Positions 1 to 9,442 of a DNA stretch of 64,000 nt are shown in pieces; position 1 is the stretch's first letter, and each line of letters begins with the position of its first letter. Source of the stretch: Chthoniobacterales bacterium. Lineage in GTDB: Bacteria; Verrucomicrobiota; Verrucomicrobiia; Chthoniobacterales; UBA6821. The notes below the pieces were generated by a model that had not been told where the DNA came from, did not search any database, and saw only the letters and a list, made by a program, of their open reading frames with translations. The translations under genes and the position numbers were made by a program. The stretch is taken from contig JBMOFC010000001.1 of NCBI GenBank assembly GCA_049314455.1, positions 16,301 through 80,300 on the forward strand, given 5' to 3'.

Positions 1-16
1 TGAAAAAAACAGCGCA

Positions 17-1171
17 TTGCATAGAGATATCGAGGATCAATCACATCATGACGTAGCTTCTGACTCAAAAACATCAATAGCTCATCAAAAACAAAATGCA
101 TCTGTCGCTTCTCATGACAGAAGTTATGTCAGTATTCATTCCAAAAAGGGAGATGTTCAAAAATTCAAAGTCACGGATGACAATGACAATGGCGATGACA
201 ATAAAAATACAGCTCCCACACAAGGAGTGGGTATGGGTATCAACTCAGGAGTGCCCGTGACAAAAAATAATGAGGCAGAGAATCTTTCAGATCTATTTTC
301 AGCAAAGAAGTCTTCTCTTGACTCATTTGTCTCCACAGATACAACCGGCACAGGAGAATTGGATGATAGTGATTCTAAAAAAGAGGTGCCATTTCCCACA
401 CAAGGAGTTGGCGTAGGTTTCAACTCAGGAATACCAGTTGTCACAAGTCAATCGAAAGGGGGGATTTCTGATCTCTTATCAGCAGCGGTTTCCTCTTTGA
501 GTTCATTAACATCAACAGACGGGACTACAAGCGCGTTGGGAGAATTTGAAGATGATAAATCCAATGTATCGGAAGAGAGTTCAGGATTTTTGGCTGCTTC
601 TTTAGTAAGTCAAACTGCTTCTGATTTTAAAAGCGAAGAATCCGTATCGGAAGAGAGTCCAGGATTTTCGGCTGCTTCTTTAGTAAGTCAAACTGCTTCT
701 GATTTTAAAAGTGAAGGATCCATAGGGTCTGCTGGTGCTCTTGGAGGAACCGTTTCAAAGCAGATGGCCAGTGCTATACGAACAGGAAATTTATCAGATT
801 TTTTAAGTGAATTAACGGCCACGGTGAGTCAAGTGCGTCGTAATAGCGCTAATGGACAAGATATCACACTCCAACTACGAAGTGATGTTCTGGATGCTAC
901 CAGTATTCACATTAATGCCAACACAGCCCAGATGCAGGTTGCTTTTTCTACAACGAGTGCTGCAAGCAACGCGCTGCTCAACGCTCATCTCACAACATTG
1001 CAGAATCATCTTGCCATGCTCTGCCCTGGCCAAGCGGTTGAAGTGAAAAATCAATTCTTAGCTTCTTCCAGCTCTTCTAACTTTAATAATGACGGAGAAA
1101 CTCGGGATGATTTAGCAAGTTTCAATCAAGAAAACAGAGGGAATTTGAGCAAGCGTGATGAAACCTTATAA
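17..1171 (+). CDS. sctP: T3SS needle-length ruler / substrate-specificity switch protein (SctP/YscP-like), 5' end outside window
   Basis: Long low-complexity Ser/Asp-rich region, then a C-terminal T3S4/FliK-like domain (ITLQLRSDVLDATSIHINANTAQMQVAFST...LQNHLAM). Lies directly upstream of sctQRSTU. The frame is open from the window start. Confidence 0.75.
   Translation: MHRDIEDQSHHDVASDSKTSIAHQKQNASVASHDRSYVSIHSKKGDVQKFKVTDDNDNGDDNKNTAPTQGVGMGINSGVPVTKNNEAENLSDLFSAKKSSLDSFVSTDTTGTGELDDSDSKKEVPFPTQGVGVGFNSGIPVVTSQSKGGISDLLSAAVSSLSSLTSTDGTTSALGEFEDDKSNVSEESSGFLAASLVSQTASDFKSEESVSEESPGFSAASLVSQTASDFKSEGSIGSAGALGGTVSKQMASAIRTGNLSDFLSELTATVSQVRRNSANGQDITLQLRSDVLDATSIHINANTAQMQVAFSTTSAASNALLNAHLTTLQNHLAMLCPGQAVEVKNQFLASSSSSNFNNDGETRDDLASFNQENRGNLSKRDETL
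215..721 (+). repeat. Intragenic repeats in sctP: two diverged 180-bp units (starts 215, 395) and a near-exact 78-bp tandem duplication (566-643, 644-721)
   Basis: PTQGVG(M/V)G(I/F)NSG(V/I)PV occurs twice 60 aa apart; VSEES(S/P)GF(L/S)AASLVSQTASDFKSE occurs twice 26 aa apart. Confidence 0.9.
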
Positions 1172-2201
1172 ACCGCTTGAACTTTCTCGGTGCGATGTGG
1201 AGGTGCTTGAGGAATTAATTTTTTCTAAAAGATTATTTTCACTTGCAGAAGCATCCCAAAAGATGCGCTTTGTACTCCCTCCTGAGTCCAGCAGTCAAGA
1301 GTTTGACTTTTTTCTTTCGCTCAAGACAGGAGAGTACCCTATACACTTAGCGTTGAAACCAACCAGCGAAAGCGATTTCATCAAATGCCTCTCAGAGTTT
1401 GGCGGAAAAGAAGCTATTCCCAAAGATTTTTTGACAGCAGTAACTGCTTTCTGTAGTCGAAAAATCGTTCATGCAATAGAAACTTTCTTGCAGCTTCCTG
1501 TTTCTTTAACAGAAGAGACGCCGAGTGACGATACTGCGTCAGAAGCAAAAAAAATTTATTTTGAAGTTATCAATGATCACTCTGCTGTCGAGATTCAAGG
1601 GGAAATCAAACTTCCTCTCCTGCTCCTTCAAAAAATTCTTTCGATGGCTCTTCAGCTTCCTCGCGCAGAACGCTCAGATCTTGCTGGCTTCTTTTTTCAA
1701 GGAGAACTCGTCGTTGGTACTGCAACGCTTTCACCTAAACAGCTCAGCAAACTGATGCCAGGAGATCTTGTTTTTTTTCAAGAACCATCTGCTTGTTCGA
1801 ATGGAAAAAGTTTCTTCTATTTTAACAAGGGTCAGCGAGTTGACTTCTTGCTTGATGTGAAGCAAATACAATCCTTGATTCATCCTTTGGAGAAAGTTGC
1901 TTTGTCTGGGTTTGTTCCCTCTAATATTTCCGCTGTAGAAGAAAAAATGAATGTTTCAGAACAAGAGTTGGCTTCTTTAGAAACGCTTGTGAAAATAGAA
2001 CTCGCTTTCAGCGCCGGTACAGTTTCTTTGAGCATGGATGAGGTCATCCATCTTGCTCACACAAAAAAGTTGCCTCACGTGCCACATTTGAGTGGTCCTA
2101 TAAAAATGTTAGCCCAAGGAACATTTATTGGGACTGGAGAGTTGGTAGAGCTTCATGGACAACACGCTATTTTTATTACTCAACTTAACTTAATAACATG
2201 A
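1155..2201 (+). CDS. sctQ: T3SS sorting-platform / C-ring protein SctQ
   Basis: Position between sctP and sctR; SpoA-like segments (LSKLMPGDLV; IKMLAQGTFIGTGELVELHGQHAIFITQL). Confidence 0.75.
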   Translation: MMKPYKPLELSRCDVEVLEELIFSKRLFSLAEASQKMRFVLPPESSSQEFDFFLSLKTGEYPIHLALKPTSESDFIKCLSEFGGKEAIPKDFLTAVTAFCSRKIVHAIETFLQLPVSLTEETPSDDTASEAKKIYFEVINDHSAVEIQGEIKLPLLLLQKILSMALQLPRAERSDLAGFFFQGELVVGTATLSPKQLSKLMPGDLVFFQEPSACSNGKSFFYFNKGQRVDFLLDVKQIQSLIHPLEKVALSGFVPSNISAVEEKMNVSEQELASLETLVKIELAFSAGTVSLSMDEVIHLAHTKKLPHVPHLSGPIKMLAQGTFIGTGELVELHGQHAIFITQLNLIT

Positions 2202-2857
2202 ATTTTAATATCGGAAATCCTTTAGAACTGATCTTAGTTTTGCTCGCAGTAGCAATGCTTCCTTTTGTGGCCGTCATGGTGACCTCTTTTGCAAAAGTGA
2301 TTGTTGTTTTTAGTTTAGTGAGAACAGCGCTGGGCCTTCAGTCTAGCCCTCCGAATATGGTTCTCAATGGAATGGCAATTATTTTATCAGTGTACGTGAT
2401 GTTTCCTGTTCTTTCCGATACGTATCATTTAACTGAAAAATTAAATATCTCTAATATTACCATCTCAAACATGGGTACTATGATGGATTCTATTAAAGAA
2501 CCGATAGAAACATTCTTGAGTAATAATAGCAAAGTGAACGTGCAAAAGTTTTTTGTTGTTACTGCAAAGCGCATTTGGCCTCCTAAATACGGGAATGCTG
2601 TTTCTAAGACAGATTTTATTATTTTAGTTCCCTCCTTCCTTGTTTCCGAATTAACTGCCGCTTTTCAGATAGGATTTATTCTTTATCTGCCGTTTATTAT
2701 TATTGATCTTGTGATTTCTAATATTCTCATGGCACTTGGAATGATGATGCTTTCACCGACAACCATTTCACTTCCTTTTAAATTATTACTTTTCTGTTTT
2801 GTGGACGGTTGGACGCGTCTTATGGATGGTCTGATTATGACCTACCGGATTTCTTAA
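2198..2857 (+). CDS. sctR: T3SS export apparatus subunit SctR
   Basis: MVTSFAKVIVVFSLVRTALGLQSSPPNMVLNG, ELTAAFQIGFILYLPF, SLPFKLLLFCFVDGW motifs. Confidence 0.97.
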   Translation: MNFNIGNPLELILVLLAVAMLPFVAVMVTSFAKVIVVFSLVRTALGLQSSPPNMVLNGMAIILSVYVMFPVLSDTYHLTEKLNISNITISNMGTMMDSIKEPIETFLSNNSKVNVQKFFVVTAKRIWPPKYGNAVSKTDFIILVPSFLVSELTAAFQIGFILYLPFIIIDLVISNILMALGMMMLSPTTISLPFKLLLFCFVDGWTRLMDGLIMTYRIS

Positions 2858-2899
2858 AGGACGGTATCCGTTCCTGCAAACAGCTACAAAGGACGATCT

Positions 2900-3172
2900 A
2901 TGAATCAAGACACTTCTGTTAATCTGGTTTCTCAAGCGATGTTGTTGGTCTTAACATCATCGCTCCCTCCTATTGTCGTGGCTACAGCTGTAGGATTGTT
3001 GGTGGCTTTATTTCAAGCGCTCACGCAAATTCAAGATCAGACGCTCCCTTTTGCGATCAAAATCATAGCAACCTTTTTAGTGATTGTTTACGCCATGAAT
3101 TATGTTTTTGGCGATCTCTTAAATTTCACGATTATCTCTTTTCGTGATTTTCCAGCCATGTTGAATTATTGA
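2900..3172 (+). CDS. sctS: T3SS export apparatus subunit SctS
   Basis: VGLLVALFQALTQIQDQTLPFAIK signature; 90 aa. Confidence 0.97.
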   Translation: MNQDTSVNLVSQAMLLVLTSSLPPIVVATAVGLLVALFQALTQIQDQTLPFAIKIIATFLVIVYAMNYVFGDLLNFTIISFRDFPAMLNY

Positions 3173-3270
3173 AGATACTGAAGCCTGTAGTCTTTTTAAC
3201 GTAGCGAACACCATAACCCATCGAAGTAGAAAGATTCTTTTTCAACATCATCCATTTACGGGCGCTATCT

Positions 3271-4053
3271 ATGGCTGACATTACACATTGGATTATCCAA
3301 GCTCCCATGCTGATCGCTCTCGGATCAGTTCGGTTTGGGGTGGTATTGACCATCGTTCCCTTTTTTTCGGCTAGTGGTCTTCCTCGACAGGTTTTTTTAG
3401 TCATGATGATTGGAATCATTGTTCCCATGACTGCTCCCATGATCGCTCTCGAACAACAGGGTTTGATTTACATCATGATACTCGTTCTGAAAGAAATTTT
3501 TTTGGGAATCGTCATTTCTTTTTTTATTTCCGTCATTTTTTGGGCTGTTGAAATTGCAGGTGAGCTCATTGATCTGCAGCGTGGAACGACAGCAGGAGGT
3601 ATCTATAATCCGATGTTGGGAGCTCAAGAATCTCCTATCGGAGGAATGTTTCTTCGCATTGTCAGCTATTTCTTTTTTGCCTCAGGAAGTTTTCTTTCCC
3701 TATTAGAAGTGATGTTTGCAAGCTATGAGGCCTATCCCGTAGATAAGCTTCTTCCTCCTTTTGCCATTGGTTGGCAAAACAGTGTTTTTCCATTTTTCAC
3801 AAAAGTCTTCGAGCTTGGGATTCTTTATGGTTCCCCCTTATTAATTATTTTCTTTTTTATGGATTTTGGGTTGGGTTTAATGAATCGTTTTGTTTCGCAG
3901 TTGAATATTTTTTTCATCTCGCTCCCCATCAAAAGTGGTCTTTGTTTCATCTTTTTACCATTTTACATGTATTATCTTATTGAGGGTTTCCAACATGACC
4001 TTTTCACCACGACAGGGGCAGCGTTTTTTTTGAAGGGACTTTTTCATGGCTGA
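3271..4053 (+). CDS. sctT: T3SS export apparatus subunit SctT
   Basis: KEIFLG, AGELIDLQRG, GLMNRFVSQLNIFFISLPIK motifs. Confidence 0.95.
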   Translation: MADITHWIIQAPMLIALGSVRFGVVLTIVPFFSASGLPRQVFLVMMIGIIVPMTAPMIALEQQGLIYIMILVLKEIFLGIVISFFISVIFWAVEIAGELIDLQRGTTAGGIYNPMLGAQESPIGGMFLRIVSYFFFASGSFLSLLEVMFASYEAYPVDKLLPPFAIGWQNSVFPFFTKVFELGILYGSPLLIIFFFMDFGLGLMNRFVSQLNIFFISLPIKSGLCFIFLPFYMYYLIEGFQHDLFTTTGAAFFLKGLFHG

Positions 4054-5110
4054 GCAACCCAGTGGAGAGAAGTCGGAAGAGCCCACGCAGAAGCGTCTGA
4101 GCGACGCTAGGGAAAAAGGCCAAGTTGCTAAAAGTACTGATGTTGTAACAACGGTCGGCACTTTTTTTGTGATGGAAACCATTTATTTGACGCTGGGGGA
4201 TATCTATAAATCGCTCATCAAACTGTTTGATACTGTTTTTGATGCCATTTCTAGGCCTAGTACAAATTCAGTCATGGATATATTGCAACTCTCGGTTCCC
4301 TGTTTGCTCTCTCAACTATTTCCCGTTGCGATTGTCGCTGCCTTCGCCGCCATTATAGCCAACGTAGGGCAATTCGGTTTTCTCTTTTCATTCGAATCAC
4401 TCAAGCCTGATCTCAGTAAGCTGAGTCCCATCAGTGGAATGAAAAAAATTTTTTCGATGAAGACACTTTTAGAGTTAGTCAAATCGACCTTGAAGCTCAC
4501 AATCTTTGGAGTGCTTCTCTACTATATTATTTCAACCTCCATAGGGCCGCTAGCCACCTTACCGTTTGCAACGTTATTCAATTCCTTGGATATCGTTCAG
4601 CCAATGTTATTACATTTTATTGCTTGGTTTATGGCTTTCTATGTCGTGATTGCTCTTTTTGATTTTATCCTTCAAAAAAAGTTACTCATGAAAGAGCTCA
4701 AAATGACGAAGGATGAAACCAAACGTGAAATGCACGATATGGAAGGAGATCCCCAGATCAAAGGAAATCGTCGGCGATTACAGCGCGAAATGATTTTTGA
4801 AGATACCTCCACTGCGACGCGTAAGTCTACCGTGCTCGTGACTAATCCGACGCACTATGCAGCGGCTATTTATTATGAACGTGGCAAAACACCACTCCCT
4901 ATTTTACGAGCTAAAGGGAGTGGCTTTATTGCGCTTCGAATGATTTCTGTCGCACGGAAAGAAAATATTCCGATCGTTGAAAATGTTCCTTTGGCACGAG
5001 CGCTCTATAACGAACTTGAGGTGAATGATATTATTCCTAAAAATCTTTTAGAGCCAATCACCGAGATCTTACGTTGGGTAAGAACATTGCCTCCACGGGT
5101 GGCAGAGTAG
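4046..5110 (+). CDS. sctU: T3SS export apparatus switch protein SctU
   Basis: EKSEEPTQKRLSDAREKGQV, EGDPQIK, and the NPTH autocleavage motif. Confidence 0.97.
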   Translation: MAEQPSGEKSEEPTQKRLSDAREKGQVAKSTDVVTTVGTFFVMETIYLTLGDIYKSLIKLFDTVFDAISRPSTNSVMDILQLSVPCLLSQLFPVAIVAAFAAIIANVGQFGFLFSFESLKPDLSKLSPISGMKKIFSMKTLLELVKSTLKLTIFGVLLYYIISTSIGPLATLPFATLFNSLDIVQPMLLHFIAWFMAFYVVIALFDFILQKKLLMKELKMTKDETKREMHDMEGDPQIKGNRRRLQREMIFEDTSTATRKSTVLVTNPTHYAAAIYYERGKTPLPILRAKGSGFIALRMISVARKENIPIVENVPLARALYNELEVNDIIPKNLLEPITEILRWVRTLPPRVAE

Positions 5111-5142
5111 GCACCCCGGTGTAGAACGGGTACAGTCGCATT

Positions 5143-6786
5143 TTAGTAATTGCGCTCAATATTACTAGAATTTCCAAAATAGAAGAAGATAGCTGAGAAT
5201 GCGAATGCACTCCATCCACGATACCATCGACTATTGCATTCTCTTCCTTTACGTTCTTTATAAGCCTGCGCTAATGCGTCGAATTGCTCAGTGCTCAGTG
5301 CGGCTCCTGAATCAGCACCAGCAGAAGCAGAACCAGGAAGCTGACGCTCAAGAATTGCATTCCATTGCGTCTCCCCCAGCGGACGAGTCCCATAAAGTTC
5401 TTCACTCGCTCTTCCTTCGGCAAGAATATGAGATCGTATCAGTGTATTGGCTTCCATACAATCTGACTCTATGAATTCGCCTCTGGTTATCAAGTTGATG
5501 ACAGCTTGATATGCCTCCTCAGTTCTTAACGTTGTTGCGACCAATCTAAGCTCAAAGATCGATCTGAGCTCAAAAATCGATCTGAGCTCACATGCAATAC
5601 GTGCCACACCTACCATATCGCCCACGCCTACAAACAGACTCAGAGTGCCTAACATATTCGCAACCACTTTCTCTATTGTAGCCTGTTCCTGTTGATTCGA
5701 AAATTGATACAACGCGCTACTTTTCAATAGTGGAAGGTTTTGTTGAATTGTTTGTTGGATTGCTCTGTATTGCTCTTGGAGGCTCATTTCTTCTGCTTCT
5801 GCTCCAGCTGGTTGCATCATGATCTCTTTGTTAACGGCAAGTTGAATAGCTCTCTTCTCGGTGGAAGCAGTGCTCTCCTTTAAAGACTCTGCAGTCCAGA
5901 TAGGTTCTCCTCCCTGAAGAGAAAATTGCTCAGCGTAGTGATGATTCCAAGATTGCTGTTGTGCAGTTCTGGGAAGGAAAAAAAGAGCATGGTTATCGAT
6001 CCTCTCCACACTATTTCCATTTTTGGAAAGCCAATAACACCCAACCTCAGCGCTCTGAGCAAGAATGGCATCAATGTGGTCGATTTGCTGACCATTGGAC
6101 TCAACATAAGCCACGGGAGGATAGATGAATTTTTCCTTAAAGTGTTTTGTCAAAGAGCAATCTAATTCTTTTTTTGGCGGATTTCCATTGAGAACAATTT
6201 CCTCCTGTTTTAGCTGATCGCAGAGCCATGAAACGGTGCATCTCCAATTTGCATAACCCCGGGCCACAGCAGCTGGAAGCATGGCGACCTCATTTTCGTA
6301 TTCTGGCACCACCTCATACGAATATTCTTGAGTGCCAAAGGGGCTTTCTGCAATTTTTCGACTGATTACCTTTCGTGTAATGAAAGGTTTCATGTCACGT
6401 GTCCAAAGAGCGTGTTGCGTTGCATCGGGATGATTCGAAGAATAGAGCCTTCTCGCACTATTTAGGAATTGTGAAATCTCACCCCAGGTAGTCAAATGAT
6501 CGCTCAATGCTACACCTGGAGCATCAGGAATGAGATAAAAACAACATTTTTGAAAAGAGGGACATACTTTTTCAAAATTATCCAAATGTTGGTAAGCTAC
6601 TGTTTTAAAATCACCAAAGTCCGGAAGGCTATTAAGAGGAATAAAAAGATTGGCATCAGATTGGATTACCGCAGTATTGCTATCAGGAGAATCAGTTGTC
6701 CTAGCTGACACATTGCGAGAGGGGCTCAAGGCTACTATGGTTCCTAGCAGTGGAGAGAGGAGGGTGGAGTGTAGATAAAATTTCAT
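5143..6786 (-). CDS. Orphan protein (547 aa), possible N-terminal signal peptide, antisense inside the T3SS cluster
   Basis: Long ORF with hydrophobic N-terminus and an internal ELRSIF tandem repeat; no family recognised. Confidence 0.6.
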   Translation of the reverse strand: MKFYLHSTLLSPLLGTIVALSPSRNVSARTTDSPDSNTAVIQSDANLFIPLNSLPDFGDFKTVAYQHLDNFEKVCPSFQKCCFYLIPDAPGVALSDHLTTWGEISQFLNSARRLYSSNHPDATQHALWTRDMKPFITRKVISRKIAESPFGTQEYSYEVVPEYENEVAMLPAAVARGYANWRCTVSWLCDQLKQEEIVLNGNPPKKELDCSLTKHFKEKFIYPPVAYVESNGQQIDHIDAILAQSAEVGCYWLSKNGNSVERIDNHALFFLPRTAQQQSWNHHYAEQFSLQGGEPIWTAESLKESTASTEKRAIQLAVNKEIMMQPAGAEAEEMSLQEQYRAIQQTIQQNLPLLKSSALYQFSNQQEQATIEKVVANMLGTLSLFVGVGDMVGVARIACELRSIFELRSIFELRLVATTLRTEEAYQAVINLITRGEFIESDCMEANTLIRSHILAEGRASEELYGTRPLGETQWNAILERQLPGSASAGADSGAALSTEQFDALAQAYKERKGRECNSRWYRGWSAFAFSAIFFYFGNSSNIERNY

Positions 6787-6885
6787 ATTGTGGGGTAAGG
6801 AATAAAAAACCTAGCCCGCCGGCGTACACTAGCTTTTACAGCTTTCTACATAAAAAAATCTTAACATTTTTCGTGAAAAATAGAT

Positions 6886-8622
6886 ATGCACCCGGAACAA
6901 TTAAAATTCGATAAAAAGTTTCTGCAAGACTTGTGGAATTTATTAAAGCCCTATTGGGTTTCCGAAGAGAAAAAATTGGCTTGGGTCTTGTTATTCCTGT
7001 TAATGCTTTGTGTCGTGTGTGAAGTGACCGCAGGAATTGGTTTTAACTATTTTTATAAATTTTTTTATGATGCGCTGCAGTCATTCGATACACATAAAAT
7101 TATTAATTCTTTTTATTATTTTGTAGCCGTTCGTGCGCTCTTTACAGCAGCTGTAGCTGCTACTGTTTTTCTGAGTGGAACGCTGAGCATTCGTTGGCAG
7201 CGATGGTTAACACAATATTACCTTCATCGCTGGCTTCAGGAGCATACCCATTATCGCCTGCAGTTTTTAAGCCAGAAGATAGATAATCCTGACCAACGTA
7301 TTACCGAAGACCTACAAAAATTTACCGAACTGACATTGCGGCTCTTATTTGGTCCTTACATGCTCATTCAGCAACTTCTCTATCTTGTTTCCTTTAGTGT
7401 GATTCTATGGAATCTTTCTAAAAATTTTCCACTCCAAATAGGAAGACATAGCTTTCTCATTCCTGGTTACCTGCTCTGGATTGCCTTATTTTATGGGGCT
7501 TTTGGAGTGGTTGTGATTGTTCAGCTTGGGAAAAAACTCTCTTTTCTAGATTATCTCCAACAACGCCTTAATGCAGATTTTCGCTTTAGCCTTATTAGAA
7601 TGAGGGAGTCGAGTGAGCAGGTTTCTTTTAGTAGAGGAGAGCCTATGGAAAATAAAAAATTTCGTTACTTTTTTAACCTTATTTTTCACAATTTCTTAAA
7701 CATTGTTTCATTAAATACGCGTCTCGCTTTTTTTAATCGATGTTATGACTATCTTTCCTATGCGATTGGATTTGCTGTTTGTATTCCTGCCTATTTGGGC
7801 AAGCTTGTTGGTCTTGGAATGGTGATGCAGACTTCCAGCGCTTATAGTTTTGTGGTGGGAAGTATTTCACTATTTTTAGAAGAGTTTCAAAGTTTCTCTG
7901 ATTGGCGTTCGGTCATTTATCGCTTAACGGAGTTCCGTCATTCCATGGAGAGTTTGCCAACTAGCGTGGAGCAAAAAATTATTATTAGAAAACAAGAGGT
8001 TCCTTTTATTCTGGTTTCTAACCTGCAGCTTGCCTGGCCAGATGGGAAAAAATTACCGCGCAACATCCAGTGGAAAATTGCGTTAGGAGAAAAAATTTTA
8101 CTTCAAGGCCCTTCTGGCTCTGGCAAAAGCACCTTGTTAAGAGCCATGGCTGGAATTTGGATGTATGGCACAGGGGAAATTATTCTTCCCAAGAATGCTT
8201 CTATTTTATTTCTTCCCCAAAAAACCTATTTTCCGCTCGGTTCTTTTAAAGAGCTATTGAGTTACCCTCATGATTCAAACGAAGAGGAGAGAATCGATGA
8301 AGTTTTGAAGCTTTGCTTATTAGAAAAATTCAAGCCGTATCTTCATGATGAAAAAAGTTGGACGCATCAACTTTCTTTAGGCGAGCAGCAACTCTTAGCT
8401 TTTGCACGTATTTTTTATGCGAAGCCTGACATTCTTTTTCTTGATGAAGCGACTGCTAGCCTTGATGAAGCCACTGAGTTTCAGCTTTATGAAAATTTGA
8501 AACTCTTTTTACCCAAGGTAACATTGATTAGCGTTGGCCATCGCAAAACGCTTCTGCAATTTCACGAGAAGGTGGTTGATTTAGATCAATTGTCCTCAAA
8601 CAATAGAATTCATGAATATTGA
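6886..8622 (+). CDS. Fused TMD-NBD ABC transporter, YddA/BacA(Rv1819c)/BclA-like (ABCD-type)
   Basis: PYWVSEEK, IDNPDQRITED, ADFRFSLIRMRESSEQ, Walker A GPSGSGKST, LSLGEQQ, ILFLDEAT, SVGHR. Confidence 0.9.
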   Translation: MHPEQLKFDKKFLQDLWNLLKPYWVSEEKKLAWVLLFLLMLCVVCEVTAGIGFNYFYKFFYDALQSFDTHKIINSFYYFVAVRALFTAAVAATVFLSGTLSIRWQRWLTQYYLHRWLQEHTHYRLQFLSQKIDNPDQRITEDLQKFTELTLRLLFGPYMLIQQLLYLVSFSVILWNLSKNFPLQIGRHSFLIPGYLLWIALFYGAFGVVVIVQLGKKLSFLDYLQQRLNADFRFSLIRMRESSEQVSFSRGEPMENKKFRYFFNLIFHNFLNIVSLNTRLAFFNRCYDYLSYAIGFAVCIPAYLGKLVGLGMVMQTSSAYSFVVGSISLFLEEFQSFSDWRSVIYRLTEFRHSMESLPTSVEQKIIIRKQEVPFILVSNLQLAWPDGKKLPRNIQWKIALGEKILLQGPSGSGKSTLLRAMAGIWMYGTGEIILPKNASILFLPQKTYFPLGSFKELLSYPHDSNEEERIDEVLKLCLLEKFKPYLHDEKSWTHQLSLGEQQLLAFARIFYAKPDILFLDEATASLDEATEFQLYENLKLFLPKVTLISVGHRKTLLQFHEKVVDLDQLSSNNRIHEY

Positions 8623-9256
8623 AAGCACTTATTCCTCGGGAAACACTAACCGTAATCTGAAGCTGCCCATTAGCTTCTCAGAGCGAGATTGCATTCCAAA
8701 AAGTCTCATCGGGAAAGAGCTGTACGAGCGTTTTCAGGAGTATGTATTTCGTGCTAACCCTGGAGAGAGCCCTATGGCGCGAGCTTTAGTGGCCCATGGG
8801 TATGAAGTTGTTGATTATCCAATATATCCACAGTATACGGATTCTGACTGGTTAGCTTCTTGTGTTTCAATGGGGGGGCTTAGTATTGTTTTTCGCCAAC
8901 CGACATCTGAGGATCTCTTTGTCTGTTTTATAAAAAGAGAGTCAGAAGATCAAAAAATGGCATCGGCTCTTTTTGGCATTGCGCAATTTTTTGCCTTCTG
9001 TCGCTACGATTGTCCTGGTCTCAAATATGTGGGAGGGAATATCGACAAGCAATTCAACGATGAAAGTCGGGAGTCAAAATTAGAAATGGATAGGCTGGCA
9101 GCTTTTTATAATCGTATTTTAGGAGATGTTGAAGCTTATGAGGAAAGTGGATTGCTTTTTATTTATGCAGAATTGCATCGAGATATACGTTTTAAAAAAT
9201 TTCCTATTTGGAAACGGTGTCGGAGAAGAAACGTGCCCATTCACAAGAACGGGTAA
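8612..9256 (+). CDS. LcrR/PcrR-family T3SS-associated regulator (putative)
   Basis: C-terminal LEMDRLAAFYNRILG and upstream LFVCFIKR pattern resemble LcrR (recalled, not searched); T3SS context. Confidence 0.55.
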   Translation: MNIESTYSSGNTNRNLKLPISFSERDCIPKSLIGKELYERFQEYVFRANPGESPMARALVAHGYEVVDYPIYPQYTDSDWLASCVSMGGLSIVFRQPTSEDLFVCFIKRESEDQKMASALFGIAQFFAFCRYDCPGLKYVGGNIDKQFNDESRESKLEMDRLAAFYNRILGDVEAYEESGLLFIYAELHRDIRFKKFPIWKRCRRRNVPIHKNG

Positions 9257-9395
9257 GAAAATAGAAGTTTGAAGATGGAAGATGGGAGTCGACCTGCTTA
9301 CGCAGGTGAAAATAGTTTGATCAATTGCCGAACGCCTTGGGTTCTATCTTCTATCCACCATCTACTATCTTCCTATCCGTTGCTTTGAACGAATA
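9234..9395. repeat. Hairpin-capped heptamer cassette, copy 1
   Basis: Its reverse complement aligns closely with 50532-50680; CCGTT..AACGG-type hairpins at both ends; GAAGATR/YATCTTC arrays inside. Confidence 0.9.
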
Positions 9396-9442
9396 CAAAG
9401 AACCCTTTTGACCTCATAAAGAAACTGAGTTATTGGTAGCGT

